From assembly GCF_010672265.1 (NCBI RefSeq), contig NZ_JAAHHC010000004.1:70161-124802 (forward strand): a stretch of DNA of 54,642 bases, read 5' to 3'. Positions 1-10,436 of the stretch are shown piece by piece (position 1 is the stretch's first letter; the number at the start of each line of letters is the position of its first letter). Made by a program: the position numbers and the translations under genes. The notes below the pieces were generated by a model. The model saw only the letters and a program-made list of their open reading frames with translations, made no database searches and was not told the origin of the DNA. The stretch is from Moorena sp. SIO3A2 (GTDB taxonomy: Bacteria; Cyanobacteriota; Cyanobacteriia; Cyanobacteriales; Coleofasciculaceae).

Positions 1-2
1 AT

Positions 3-3000
3 ACTAGTGGCTGTGCTTATAATGAACTAAAACTCTGGAATATATTTATCCCCCAAAATGTGCAAGAGGTTCATGACTTGATGCCGGAGGCGATTCATGA
101 ACTGCCTAAGGATGATTATCGAAAACTGCAAGAGAGTGGTGAATTAGATCACGAAATTGACCAAAAGGAGTTGCAACGAGCTAAACAGGTTTATTATCAA
201 CAGCCAATTCAATCGATATTGGATGTGATCAAAGACTCTCAAGGCTATCGCTATTTGGTGGTTTTAGGAAACCCAGGCTCTGGTAAATCTACCTTGCTGC
301 AATATTTAGCATTGGAGTGGGCAAGAACTGATCTAACTACTGAAAGTTCTCTACGGATTCCGTTACTGATTGACTTACCCACTTATATCCGGAATCGCGA
401 TAGTGGACAGTGTCAGGATTTCTTGGAATTCTGCCATCAAAGTAGTGGAGCGATATGTGATATCAATCAAAATAAACTTGATGATCAGTTAAAGGCTGGT
501 AAGGTTTTAGTGATGTTTGATGGCTTGGATGAAGTGTTTGAGCCAGGGAAACGAGAAGATGTCATTACTGATATTCATCGCTTTACGAATCAGTATCCTA
601 AGGTAAGAGTAATTGTGACATCTCGGGTAATTGGTTATAAACCTCAACGGCTACGGGATGCTGAATTTCGTCATGTTATGCTCCAAGACTTGGAGTCGGA
701 AAAAATTCAAAAGTTTATCGAGCAGTGGCATGAGTTAACCTTTACTGATGAAGGGGATAAAGTTAGGAAACAGGAGCGCTTACAAAAAGCCATTAAGACA
801 TCCTCTCGGATTCGAGAACTGGCGCAAAATCCCCTATTACTAACCATGATGGCAATCCTGAACCACAATCAAGAATTGCCTCGTGACCGCTCTGAACTCT
901 ATAACCAATCTTCTCGGTTACTGCTCCATCAATGGGATGTGGAACTAGCATTACTAGAAGATAATCGTGTTGATCCGAAGACTATTGATTATCAAGATAA
1001 GCAACAGATATTGGGAAAAGTGGCAGATTTCATGCAGGGTAATCAAGGGGGATTAGCGGGAAATCTGATTAGTGGGGAAGATTTAGAAAGAATTATCAAA
1101 GAGGAGCTGAAATTACGGGAGGTTACTAATCCTAAAGCTGTTGCTAAGGTAATGATTAATCAGTTGTGTACCCGCAATTTTATCTTCTGTTCAATGGGAG
1201 CCAATTACTACGCTTTTGTGCATCGGACATTTTTGAACTATTTCTGTGCTCGGGAATTGGTCAGGAAATTTGAGAAAAAGCAGGATATTTCCCTAGCACA
1301 GTTGAAAAACGAGGTATTTGGTAAGCACTGGCGGGATGAATATTGGCATGAAGCGCTGCAGTTGATTGTGGGCATGATTGATTCTACCAAAGGTGGAGAG
1401 ATTATTGAGTATTTGATGGAACAAGGTGGAGTAGAGGATGATTTTAATAATTTATTTCTGGCAGGGGATTGTTTATCTGAGGTTAGGAATCGGTATGAGA
1501 TTAAATCAACGAATATTGGATTACTGAATCGCGTCAAAGACTTAATTCATTATGATCTAAATTCTACTGATAACAAGTATGGAGATGAGGCCAACTTAGT
1601 CCGTGATATTCGCACTAAAGCTGTTGTAGCAGTAGCCACCCATTGGCAAGACCACCGAGATACCTTAGCCCTACTTAAAAAATTGGCTCGCTCGGATGCT
1701 GATAGGTATGTGCGAGTTAGAGCAATTGAACAGTTAGTTCAAGGTTACAAAGACCACCGAGATACCTTAGCCCTACTTAAAAAATTGGCTCGCTCTGATA
1801 CGGATTTGTGGGTGCGAGCTACAGCAATTGAACAGTTAGCTAAAGGTTACAAAGACCACCGAGATACCTTAGCCATACTTCAAGAATTGGCTCGCTCTGA
1901 TACGGATTTGTGGGTGCGATGTAGAGCAATTGAACAGTTAGCTAAAGGTTACAAAGACCACCGAGATACCTTAGCCATACTTAAACAATCGGCTCGCTCT
2001 GATACTGATTCGGAGGTGCGAATTACAGCAATTGAACAGTTAGCTCAAGGTTACAAAGACCACCAATATACCTTAGCACTACTTGAACAATCGGCTCGCT
2101 GTGATACTGATTCGGAGGTGCGAGTTAGAGCAATTGAACAGTTAGTTCAAGCTTACAAAGACCACCTAGATACCTTAGACATACTTCAAGAATTGGCTCG
2201 CTATAATACTGATTCGTGGGTGCGAGGTACAGCAATTGAACAGTTAGCTAAAGGTTACAAAGACCACCGAGATACCTTAGCCATACTTAAACAATCGGCT
2301 CGCTGTGATCAAGATTGGCAGGTGCGAGTTAGAGCAATTGAACAGTTAGCTCAAGGTTACAAAGACCACCGAGATACCTTAGCCCTACTTCAAGAATTGG
2401 CTCGCTGTGATACTGATTCGGATGTTCGATGTAAAGCAATTGAACAGTTAGCTAAAAGTTACAAAGACCAGCGAGATACCATAGCCATACTTCAAGAATT
2501 GGCTCGCTCTGATACTGATTCGTGGGTAAGAATTACAGCAATTGAACAGTTAGCTAAAGGTTACAAAGACCACCGAGATACCATAGCCCTACTTCAACAA
2601 TGGGCTCGCTCTGATACTGATTCGTGGGTACGAGTTACAGCAATTGAACAGTTAGCTAAAGGTTACAAAGACCACCGAGATACCATAGCCCTACTTCAAC
2701 AATGGGCTCGCTATAATACTGATTCGAGTGTGCGAGTTAGAGCAATTGAACAGTTAGCTAAAGGTTACAAAGACCACCGAGATACCATAGCCCTACTTCA
2801 ACAATGGGCTCGCTCTGATACTGATTGGCAGGTGCGATGTACAGCAATTGAACAGTTAGCTAAACGTTACCAAGACGACCGAGATACCTTGGCCCTACTT
2901 CAAGAATCGGCTCGCTCTGATACTGATTCGGATGTGCGAGTTACAGCAATTAAACAGTTAGCTAAACGTTACCAAGACCACCGAGATACCTTAGCCCTAC

Positions 3001-3341
3001 TTCAAGAATCGGCTCGCTCTGATACTGATTCGGATGTGCGAGGTAGAGCAATTGAACTGTTAGCTCAAGGTTGGCACGATCGCGTAGCGTGGCCTACGGC
3101 CAATCAGCCTTGGTTATTTGAATTTTTATGCGATCGCATTCTCCATGACCCCTATGATCCTAATAAGGATAAGAAAAACGTGATTGTCTATGGACTAGAA
3201 AACAATCCTCGACAAGCAGCCCTTAATGCCATCCTCAAATATTATCCTAACCATTCCCAAACCCGATCCTTATTACAGGATAGAGCAGAGCATGACTCCG
3301 ATCCTGAACTGCGGAAGTTTGCTAAGGAGAATTTAGCATGA
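3..3341 (+). CDS. NACHT-domain STAND NTPase with C-terminal array of 14 x 31-aa HEAT/PBS-lyase-type repeats; 5' end cut by window edge (reading frame is open from base 3)
   Basis: Walker A GNPGSGKST, Walker B VLVMFDGLDEV, NACHT-like order of motifs; repeats HRDTLALLQELARSDTDSWVRxxAIEQLAKGYKD; N-terminal residues TSGCAYNELKLW.. match internal region of the paralog at 4320-4400, so the true start is upstream of the window. Confidence 0.8.
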   Translation, partial: TSGCAYNELKLWNIFIPQNVQEVHDLMPEAIHELPKDDYRKLQESGELDHEIDQKELQRAKQVYYQQPIQSILDVIKDSQGYRYLVVLGNPGSGKSTLLQYLALEWARTDLTTESSLRIPLLIDLPTYIRNRDSGQCQDFLEFCHQSSGAICDINQNKLDDQLKAGKVLVMFDGLDEVFEPGKREDVITDIHRFTNQYPKVRVIVTSRVIGYKPQRLRDAEFRHVMLQDLESEKIQKFIEQWHELTFTDEGDKVRKQERLQKAIKTSSRIRELAQNPLLLTMMAILNHNQELPRDRSELYNQSSRLLLHQWDVELALLEDNRVDPKTIDYQDKQQILGKVADFMQGNQGGLAGNLISGEDLERIIKEELKLREVTNPKAVAKVMINQLCTRNFIFCSMGANYYAFVHRTFLNYFCARELVRKFEKKQDISLAQLKNEVFGKHWRDEYWHEALQLIVGMIDSTKGGEIIEYLMEQGGVEDDFNNLFLAGDCLSEVRNRYEIKSTNIGLLNRVKDLIHYDLNSTDNKYGDEANLVRDIRTKAVVAVATHWQDHRDTLALLKKLARSDADRYVRVRAIEQLVQGYKDHRDTLALLKKLARSDTDLWVRATAIEQLAKGYKDHRDTLAILQELARSDTDLWVRCRAIEQLAKGYKDHRDTLAILKQSARSDTDSEVRITAIEQLAQGYKDHQYTLALLEQSARCDTDSEVRVRAIEQLVQAYKDHLDTLDILQELARYNTDSWVRGTAIEQLAKGYKDHRDTLAILKQSARCDQDWQVRVRAIEQLAQGYKDHRDTLALLQELARCDTDSDVRCKAIEQLAKSYKDQRDTIAILQELARSDTDSWVRITAIEQLAKGYKDHRDTIALLQQWARSDTDSWVRVTAIEQLAKGYKDHRDTIALLQQWARYNTDSSVRVRAIEQLAKGYKDHRDTIALLQQWARSDTDWQVRCTAIEQLAKRYQDDRDTLALLQESARSDTDSDVRVTAIKQLAKRYQDHRDTLALLQESARSDTDSDVRGRAIELLAQGWHDRVAWPTANQPWLFEFLCDRILHDPYDPNKDKKNVIVYGLENNPRQAALNAILKYYPNHSQTRSLLQDRAEHDSDPELRKFAKENLA

Positions 3342-3494
3342 AGAATTTAGAATTTAGAATTTAGAATTTAGAATTTAGAATTTAGAATTTAGAATTTAGA
3401 ATGTAGAATGTAGAATTTAGAATTTAGAATGAAGAATGAAGAATGAAGAATGAAGAATGAAGAATTTAGAATTTAGAATTTAGAATTTAGAATT
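3342..3494. repeat. heptanucleotide tandem repeat (GAATTTA / GAATGAA variants), STRR-like
   Basis: about 20 tandem 7-mers directly after stop codon of first NACHT gene. Confidence 0.9.
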
Positions 3495-3497
3495 AAG

Positions 3498-3682
3498 GCG
3501 TAGGGTGTGTTAGGGACGGGCTCGCCAAGACGCAAGCCATAGCAAGTGTTAGGTTGTTGCCCGTAACGCACCACCGCGTCAAATAGCATGCATTGAGATG
3601 CACCAGGCTCGCCCTCATGTTATCCTTAGCCAGTGTTGAGAAAGTCCGTCCCGTAACGCACTATCAGGTCAAACTGATTGCC
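3498..3682. repeat. two tandem copies of a ~100-bp dispersed repeat family (…TAGGGACGGG…CCGTCCCGTAACGCACCAC…GCAT..GAGATGCACC)
   Basis: same family recurs at 28690-28960; units contain inverted GGGACGG / CCGTCCC arms. Confidence 0.7.
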
Positions 3683-3727
3683 TTTCGTATATAATGATAA
3701 ATAAACCGAAAAACAACTACCAACATC

Positions 3728-6700
3728 ATGCTGGATTGGTTAGCAATTTGGGGACTTTATACTGCTGGTGACTATCTTGCCAAGGAAGTAATTGGTCCTT
3801 TGGCGAAAGAAGCTCTAGAAGACTATACTAAAGAGTTTTTCAAAGAGTCTATTAAAGATTATACTGGACTATCGGATCAAAATATCCAGAAAAAACTCTT
3901 GGGTAAAGCCTTAAAAGAATTTGTGGCTTTAGTGCAAGAAGAATTGGAAGATGCGGATTTATCTAAGCAAGACGTAAAACAGTATACTAAACCCCTCAAG
4001 CAGTATATTAAACATAAATCTATTAAAGCTATCCTGGGCAGTGCTTTCAAGTATGGCTGTAAACGAATCGATACCGATACCTTAGCCCACACTTGGATTG
4101 AGCTTGACTTATTACCATTACCGGAAGGATTTGATTGGCACTATATTGGTAAACAGTATGTCAAGGAAGTAAAAACGATTATTCGGGAATCCGATGATTT
4201 ACGGCCTATTCGGGATTCCCAAACCTTGGAAGCGATCGCAGAAAACACTAAACCAGGAATTATCCCAGATTTTGACTTAAGGGAATATCAGGAAGCACTC
4301 CTAGAGAGCTACGGTAATGTCAAATTGGATAGTTTAGATACTAGTGGCTGTGCTTATAACGAACTAAAACTATGGAAAATATTTATCCCTCAAAATGTCC
4401 GAGAAGTTCATGACTTGATGCCGGAGGCGATTCATGAACTTCCTAAGGATGATTCTCAAAAACTGCGCGAGAGTGGTCAACTACAAAGGGAAATTGACAA
4501 AGATGAGTTGAAACGAGCTAAAGAGCGTTATTATCAACAACCGATAAAATCCGTATTGGATGTAATTGAGGACTCTCAAAGCTATCGGTATTTGGTGGTT
4601 TTAGGAGACCCAGGCTCTGGTAAATCTACGTTGCTGCAATATTTAGCATTGGAGTGGGCAAAAACCGATCTAACTACTGACAGTTCTCTATCAATTCCCT
4701 TACTGATTGAATTACGCACCTATATCCGGAATTGCGATAGTGGACAGTGTAATAACTTCTTGGAATTCTGCCATCAAAGCAGTGGAGCGATATGTCATCT
4801 GAATCAACATCACCTTGATCAGGAGTTAAAAGATGGTAAGGTGTTAGTTATGTTTGATGGCTTGGATGAAGTGTTTGATCCAGAGAAACGAATAGATGTA
4901 ATTACGGAGATTCATCGCTTTACCAATCGCTATCCTAAAGTAAGAGTAATTGTAACATCTCGGGTAATTGGTTATAAACCCCAACGGCTACGGGATGCTG
5001 AATTCCGTCATGTTATGCTCCAAGACTTGGAGTCAGAACAAATTCAAAACTTTATTGAGAAGTGGCATAAATTAAACTTTACTGATCAAGCCGATAAAGT
5101 TAGGAAACAGGAGCGCTTACAAAAAGCCATTGAGACATCCTATCGGATTCGAGAACTGGCGCAAAATCCCCTATTACTAACCATGATGGCAATCCTGAAT
5201 CGCAATCAAGACTTGCCTCGTGACCGCTCTGAACTCTATAACCAATCCTCTCGATTACTGCTCCATCAATGGGATGTGGAACGAGCATTACAAGAAGATC
5301 ATCGTGTTGACCCGAAGATTATTGATGATGAATATAAGCAACATATACTAAGAAAAGTGGCATATTTTATGCAGGGTAATCAAGCCGGATTAGCGGGAAA
5401 TCTGATTAGTGGAGAGGATTTAGAACGGATTATCAAAGATGATCTGAAACTACAGGATTTTACTAATCCCAGAGACGTTGCTAAGGTAATGATTAATCAG
5501 TTGCGCACCCGCAATTTTATCTTGTGTTTCATGGGAGCCGATTATTACGCTTTTGTGCATCGGACATTTTTGGAATATTTCTGTGCTTGGAAATTTGTCA
5601 TGAAATTTGAGAAAACCCAGGAGATTGACCTAGAACAGTTAAAAACCGAAGTATTTGGTAAGCACTGGCGAGATGAATCGTGGCATGAAGTGCTGAGGTT
5701 GATTGTGGGCATGATTTATTCTAAGAAAGGTGGAGAGATTATTGAGTATTTGATGGCACAAGATGGAGAAGGGTATAAGTTTGGTAATTTATTTCTGGCA
5801 GCAGATTGTTTGTCTGAGGTTAGGAATCGGTATGAGATTAAATTAACGGATACTGGATTACTAAATCGTATCAAAGACTTAATTTACTATGATCTAAATT
5901 ATTATTATGACCAGTATGGAGATGAGACAAGGTTAGTCCGTGATATTCGCACTAACGCTGTGGTAGCAGTAGCCACCCATTGGCAACACCATACAGATAC
6001 CTTACCCCTACTTCAACAATCGGCTCGCTCTGATAAAGATTCGTGGGTGCGACGTACAGCAATAGAACAGTTAGCTCAAGGTTACAAAGACCATCGAGAT
6101 ACCTTACCCCTAATTCAAGAATCGGCTCGCTCTGATACTAATTCGTTGGTGCGAGTTACAGCAATAGAACAGTTAGCTCAAGGTTACCAAGACCATCGAG
6201 ATACCTTACCCCTACTTCAAGAATGGGCTCGCTCTGATAATGATTCGTGGGTGCGAGGTGAAGCAATAGAACAGTTAGCTAAAGGTTACCAAGACCACCC
6301 AGATACCTTACCCCTACTTCAACAATCCGCTCGCTCTGATAAAGATTCGTGGGTGCGACGTACAGCAATAGAACAGTTAGCTCAAGGTTACCAAGACCAT
6401 CGAGATACCTTACCCCTACTTCAAGAATGGGCTCGCTCTGATAAAGATTCGTGGGTGCGACGTAAAGCAATAGAACAGTTAGCTCAAGGTTACAAAGACC
6501 ATCGAGATACCTTAGCCATACTTCAAGAATCCGCTCGCTCTGATAATGATTGGAAGGTGCGAGGTGAAGCAATAGAACAGTTAGCTCAAGGTTACAAAGA
6601 CCACCCAGATACCTTAGCCATACTTCAAGAATCCGCTCGCTCTGATAAAGATTCGTGGGTGCGACGTACAGCAATAGAACAGTTAGCTCAAGGTTACAAA

Positions 6701-8887
6701 GACCATCGAGATACCTTACCCCTACTTCAAGAATACGCTCGCTCTGATAGTGATTCGGATGTGCGAGGTGAAGCAATAGAACAGTTAGCTAAAGGTTACC
6801 AAGACCACCCAGATACCTTACCCCTACTTCAACAATCGGCTCGCTCTGATAAAGATTCGTGGGTGCGACGTAAAGCAATAGAACAGTTAGCTCAAGGTTA
6901 CAAAGACCATCGAGATACCTTAGCCATACTTCAAGAATCCGCTCGCTCTGATACTGATTCGGATGTGCTGCGAGGTAAAGCAATTGAACTGTTAGCTCAA
7001 GGTTACAAAGACGACCCAGATACCTTACCTCTACTTCAACAATCCGCTCGCTCTGATAAAGATTCGGATGTGCGAGTTACAGCAATTAAACAGTTAGCTG
7101 AAGGTTACAAAGACCACCAAGATACCTTACCCCTACTTCAACAATCGGCTCGCTCTGATAAAGATTCGTGGGTGCGACGTAAAGCAATAGAACAGTTAGC
7201 TAAAGGTTACAAAGACCATCGAGATACCTTAGCCATACTTCAAGAATCCGCTCGCTCTGATACTGATTCGGATGTGCTGCGAGGTAAAGCAATTGAACTG
7301 TTAGCTCAAGGTTACAAAGACGACCCAGATACCTTACCTCTACTTCAACAATCCGCTCGCTCTGATAAAGATTCGGATGTGCGAGTTACAGCAATTAAAC
7401 AGTTAGCTAAAGGTTACCAAGACCACCCAGATACCTTAGCCATACTTCAAGAATCCGCTCGCTCTGATACTGATTCGGATGTGCGAGGTGAAGCAATAGA
7501 ACAGTTAGCTAAAGGTTACCAAGACCACCCAGATACCTTAGCCATACTTCAAGAATCCGCTCGCTCTGATAGTGATTCGGATGTGCGAGGTACAGCAATT
7601 AAACAGTTAGCTAAAGGTTACAAAGACCACCAAGATACCTTACCCCTACTTCAAGAATCCGCTCGCTCTGATAAAGATTCGGATGTGCGAGTTACAGCAA
7701 TAGAACAGTTAGCTGAAGGTTACCAAGACCACCAAGATACCTTACCTCTACTTCAACAATCGGCTCGCTCTGATACTGATTCGGATGTGCGAGGTAAAGC
7801 AATTCAACAGTTAGCTCAAGGTTACCAAGACCACCCAGATACCTTACCTCTACTTCAAGAATACGCTCGCTCTGATAAAGATTCGGATGTGCGAGTTACA
7901 GCAATTAAACAGTTAGCTGAAGGTTACAAAGACCACCAAGATACCTTACCCCTACTTCAAGAATCCGCTCGCTCTGATAAAGATTCGGATGTGCGAGTTA
8001 CAGCAATAGAACAGTTAGCTGAAGGTTACCAAGACCACCCAGATACTTTACCCATACTTCAAGAATCCGCTCGCTCTGATAGTGATTCGGATGTGCGAGG
8101 TACAGCAATTAAACAGTTAGCTCAAGGTTACAAAGACCACCAAGATACCTTAGCCATACTTCAAGAATCCGCTCGCTCTGATACTGATTCGGATGTGCGA
8201 GGTAAAGCAATTCAACAGTTAGCTCAAGGTTACCAAGACCACCCAGATACCTTACCTCTACTTCAAGAATACGCTCGCTCTGATAAAGATTCGGATGTGC
8301 GAGTTACAGCAATAGAACAGTTAGCTGAAGGTTACAAAGACCACCAAGATACCTTACCCCTACTTCAAGAATACGCTCGCTCTGATAGTGATTCGGATGT
8401 GCGAGGTGAAGCAATAGAACAGTTAGCTCAAGGTTACCAAGACCACCCAGATACCTTAGCCATACTTCAAGAATCCGCTCGCTCTGATACTGATTCGGAT
8501 GTGCGAGGTAAAGCAATAGAACAGTTAGCTAAAGGTTACCAAGACCACCCAGATACCTTAGCCATACTTCAAGAATCCGCTCGCTCTGATACTGATTCGG
8601 ATGTGCGAGGTAAAGCAATTCAACAGTTAGCTCAAGCTTGGCACGACCAGCTTTGGTTATCGCAATTTTTATGCGATCGCACTCTCCATGACCCCTTTGA
8701 CCCTGATAAAGACAGAGATTACGAGAGAGATGACGAGAATTACAATCCTCGACAAATAGCCCTTCAGGCCATTCTCGAATATTATCCTAACCATTCCCAA
8801 ATCCGGTCTTTATTGCGGGATAGAGCAAAGCATGACCCTGATCCTAAACTGCGGGAGTTTGCTAAGGAGCAATTAGCAAAATTATAG
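3728..8887 (+). CDS. NACHT-domain STAND NTPase, 1719 aa; ~220-aa N-terminal extension + NACHT + 26 HEAT/PBS-lyase-type repeats; tandem paralog of upstream gene
   Basis: GDPGSGKST Walker A, VLVMFDGLDEV Walker B, about 90% DNA identity with gene 1 across NACHT region; 26 x 31-aa repeats (two are 32 aa). Confidence 0.85.
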   Translation: MLDWLAIWGLYTAGDYLAKEVIGPLAKEALEDYTKEFFKESIKDYTGLSDQNIQKKLLGKALKEFVALVQEELEDADLSKQDVKQYTKPLKQYIKHKSIKAILGSAFKYGCKRIDTDTLAHTWIELDLLPLPEGFDWHYIGKQYVKEVKTIIRESDDLRPIRDSQTLEAIAENTKPGIIPDFDLREYQEALLESYGNVKLDSLDTSGCAYNELKLWKIFIPQNVREVHDLMPEAIHELPKDDSQKLRESGQLQREIDKDELKRAKERYYQQPIKSVLDVIEDSQSYRYLVVLGDPGSGKSTLLQYLALEWAKTDLTTDSSLSIPLLIELRTYIRNCDSGQCNNFLEFCHQSSGAICHLNQHHLDQELKDGKVLVMFDGLDEVFDPEKRIDVITEIHRFTNRYPKVRVIVTSRVIGYKPQRLRDAEFRHVMLQDLESEQIQNFIEKWHKLNFTDQADKVRKQERLQKAIETSYRIRELAQNPLLLTMMAILNRNQDLPRDRSELYNQSSRLLLHQWDVERALQEDHRVDPKIIDDEYKQHILRKVAYFMQGNQAGLAGNLISGEDLERIIKDDLKLQDFTNPRDVAKVMINQLRTRNFILCFMGADYYAFVHRTFLEYFCAWKFVMKFEKTQEIDLEQLKTEVFGKHWRDESWHEVLRLIVGMIYSKKGGEIIEYLMAQDGEGYKFGNLFLAADCLSEVRNRYEIKLTDTGLLNRIKDLIYYDLNYYYDQYGDETRLVRDIRTNAVVAVATHWQHHTDTLPLLQQSARSDKDSWVRRTAIEQLAQGYKDHRDTLPLIQESARSDTNSLVRVTAIEQLAQGYQDHRDTLPLLQEWARSDNDSWVRGEAIEQLAKGYQDHPDTLPLLQQSARSDKDSWVRRTAIEQLAQGYQDHRDTLPLLQEWARSDKDSWVRRKAIEQLAQGYKDHRDTLAILQESARSDNDWKVRGEAIEQLAQGYKDHPDTLAILQESARSDKDSWVRRTAIEQLAQGYKDHRDTLPLLQEYARSDSDSDVRGEAIEQLAKGYQDHPDTLPLLQQSARSDKDSWVRRKAIEQLAQGYKDHRDTLAILQESARSDTDSDVLRGKAIELLAQGYKDDPDTLPLLQQSARSDKDSDVRVTAIKQLAEGYKDHQDTLPLLQQSARSDKDSWVRRKAIEQLAKGYKDHRDTLAILQESARSDTDSDVLRGKAIELLAQGYKDDPDTLPLLQQSARSDKDSDVRVTAIKQLAKGYQDHPDTLAILQESARSDTDSDVRGEAIEQLAKGYQDHPDTLAILQESARSDSDSDVRGTAIKQLAKGYKDHQDTLPLLQESARSDKDSDVRVTAIEQLAEGYQDHQDTLPLLQQSARSDTDSDVRGKAIQQLAQGYQDHPDTLPLLQEYARSDKDSDVRVTAIKQLAEGYKDHQDTLPLLQESARSDKDSDVRVTAIEQLAEGYQDHPDTLPILQESARSDSDSDVRGTAIKQLAQGYKDHQDTLAILQESARSDTDSDVRGKAIQQLAQGYQDHPDTLPLLQEYARSDKDSDVRVTAIEQLAEGYKDHQDTLPLLQEYARSDSDSDVRGEAIEQLAQGYQDHPDTLAILQESARSDTDSDVRGKAIEQLAKGYQDHPDTLAILQESARSDTDSDVRGKAIQQLAQAWHDQLWLSQFLCDRTLHDPFDPDKDRDYERDDENYNPRQIALQAILEYYPNHSQIRSLLRDRAKHDPDPKLREFAKEQLAKL

Positions 8888-8966
8888 ATAGTAAAGGGAG
8901 TCGGGAGTAAGGATATAGGGAATAGGGGGAGATGGAGGATATTTATATTAAGGTAATTGTCATAAC

Positions 8967-9761
8967 ATGACATTACCCTTCTATTGTCCTGAGTGTTTTT
9001 GCAAAAGCGAGATGCACCCTACCTTAGCCCTACTTCAACAATCGGCTCGCTCTGATACTGATTTGTCGGTGCGAGCTACAGCAATGGAACAGTTAGCTCA
9101 AGCTTGGCAAGACCATCGAGATGCCTTACGCCTACTTCAACAATCGGCTCGCTCTGATACTGATTCGAGGGTGCGACTTAAAGTACTGGAACAGTTAACT
9201 CTAGGTTGGCAAAACCATCGCGATAGCATAACCCTACTTCAAGAATGGGCTCGCTGTGATACTGATTCAGATCTGCGAGATCAAGTAATTGAACAGTTAA
9301 TTCAAGGTTGGCAAGACCATCGCGATACCTTAGCCCTACTTGAAGAATGGGCTCGCTCTGATCCTGATTCGAGGCTGCGAGCTACAGCAATTAAACAGTT
9401 AGCTCAAGGTGGGAAAGACCACCCATATATTTTACCCCTACTTGAAGAATGGGCTCGCTGTTATAAATATTCATTTGAACAGTTACCTGAAGCTGGACAA
9501 GACCAGCCTTGGTTATGGGAATTTTTATGCGATCGCGTAGCGGCTCTTTCAGAGCATCGCACTGTCAATGACCCCTTTGAGCATAAGGGACAAAGGACAT
9601 ACAATCCTCGAAAAATAGCTCTTGAGGCCATCCTCAAATATTATCCTAACCATTCCCAAACCCGGTCTTTATTGCAAGATAGAGCAGAGCATGACCCCGA
9701 TCCTAAACTGCGGAAGTTTGCTAAGGAGCAATTAGAAAAATTAAGGGCGTTGCTGAATTAA
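8967..9761 (+). CDS. HEAT-repeat protein, 264 aa, paralogous to C-terminal module of the NACHT-HEAT genes (possible remnant of a third paralog lacking the NTPase part)
   Basis: 5 diverged 31-aa repeats (…LLQQSARSDTD..VR.TA.EQLAQ.WQDHRD…) and conserved tail PWLWEFLCDR…YNPR.IALEAILKYYPNHSQTRSLLQDRAEHDPDPKLRKFAKEQL. Confidence 0.5.
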   Translation: MTLPFYCPECFCKSEMHPTLALLQQSARSDTDLSVRATAMEQLAQAWQDHRDALRLLQQSARSDTDSRVRLKVLEQLTLGWQNHRDSITLLQEWARCDTDSDLRDQVIEQLIQGWQDHRDTLALLEEWARSDPDSRLRATAIKQLAQGGKDHPYILPLLEEWARCYKYSFEQLPEAGQDQPWLWEFLCDRVAALSEHRTVNDPFEHKGQRTYNPRKIALEAILKYYPNHSQTRSLLQDRAEHDPDPKLRKFAKEQLEKLRALLN

Positions 9762-9940
9762 GGAATGAATGCGCGATTATCTCGTTTTATTAAAGCCCCC
9801 TAAATCCCCCAACTTTGAGGGACTTTAAGAGTTTTGTTACCCCAATAATTGGGGGGCTAGGGGGGCGAAAACATACCCAGAATCAGCAACGGCAGTTAAT
9901 TTTATGTAGGTGCTTAATTCACCATTCTAAATTCACCGTT

Positions 9941-10357
9941 CTACATGCTTAATTCTCCCTTCGAGAACAATCGTTCTAATACCTCTTTTGGAATTGTCTC
10001 AAAATTTTCCAACAAGAAATCCATGATGGCCAGATGGCGCAAGTGACCAGCAGTGGGAGGGTAACAGCGACGACTGGTGTTAAACCAGCCGTTAACGGTT
10101 TGAACGGAACAGGAGCAGATCAAAGCGATATCTTCGCGAGTCAGGTCCCACTTCTGGTAGAACCGTTGCGGTGTCATGCCCAATTCGCAGTAACTGTACA
10201 GTCGGATTAGGATTTGCTCGCGCTCGGTGATGGGGTAGGGATAGGCATGTTCCCCCTTCGACTCCCTCTGTTGGGCAGGCTGTTGGGCAAGCTGCTCAAG
10301 GCGCTCCATCGCTTCGTGGTAATCGATGGGAAGATAAACAAATCGTTTTTTTGGCAT
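9941..10357 (-). CDS. hypothetical protein, 138 aa, possible HTH (…TREDIALICSCSVQTVNGWF…)
   Basis: ORF only; no recognisable family. Confidence 0.35.
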   Translation of the reverse strand: MPKKRFVYLPIDYHEAMERLEQLAQQPAQQRESKGEHAYPYPITEREQILIRLYSYCELGMTPQRFYQKWDLTREDIALICSCSVQTVNGWFNTSRRCYPPTAGHLRHLAIMDFLLENFETIPKEVLERLFSKGELSM

Positions 10358-10390
10358 TATTATATAATTACCTCAATTGTAATTGAGTAG

Positions 10391-10436
10391 AAAGCCGCGC
10401 TTGGCGCTTGGTCGGCAGAAAGCGCGGCTTTTTTTT
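10391..10436 (+). terminator. GC-rich stem-loop followed by T8 (AAAGCCGCGCTT…AAGCGCGGCTTTTTTTT); intrinsic-terminator-like in + orientation
   Basis: 12-bp perfect stem, 16-nt loop, 8 T; lies 34 bp upstream of the start of the minus-strand gene, so it may instead be a 5'-UTR/insulator structure. Confidence 0.4.

Noticed and set aside
6279-8516. Minus-strand ORFs inside the HEAT-repeat array (6279-6776, 6789-6983, 8304-8516), and 1238-1537 and 5100-5288 inside the NACHT genes
   Set aside because: These are antisense reading frames kept open by the 93-bp periodicity of the repeats. They are fully contained in a strongly supported + strand CDS.
10391-10436. Hairpin as terminator of the minus-strand gene 9941-10357
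   Set aside because: It lies upstream of that gene's start, not downstream, and the T-run is on the + strand. It is kept only as a + oriented terminator-like or UTR structure.
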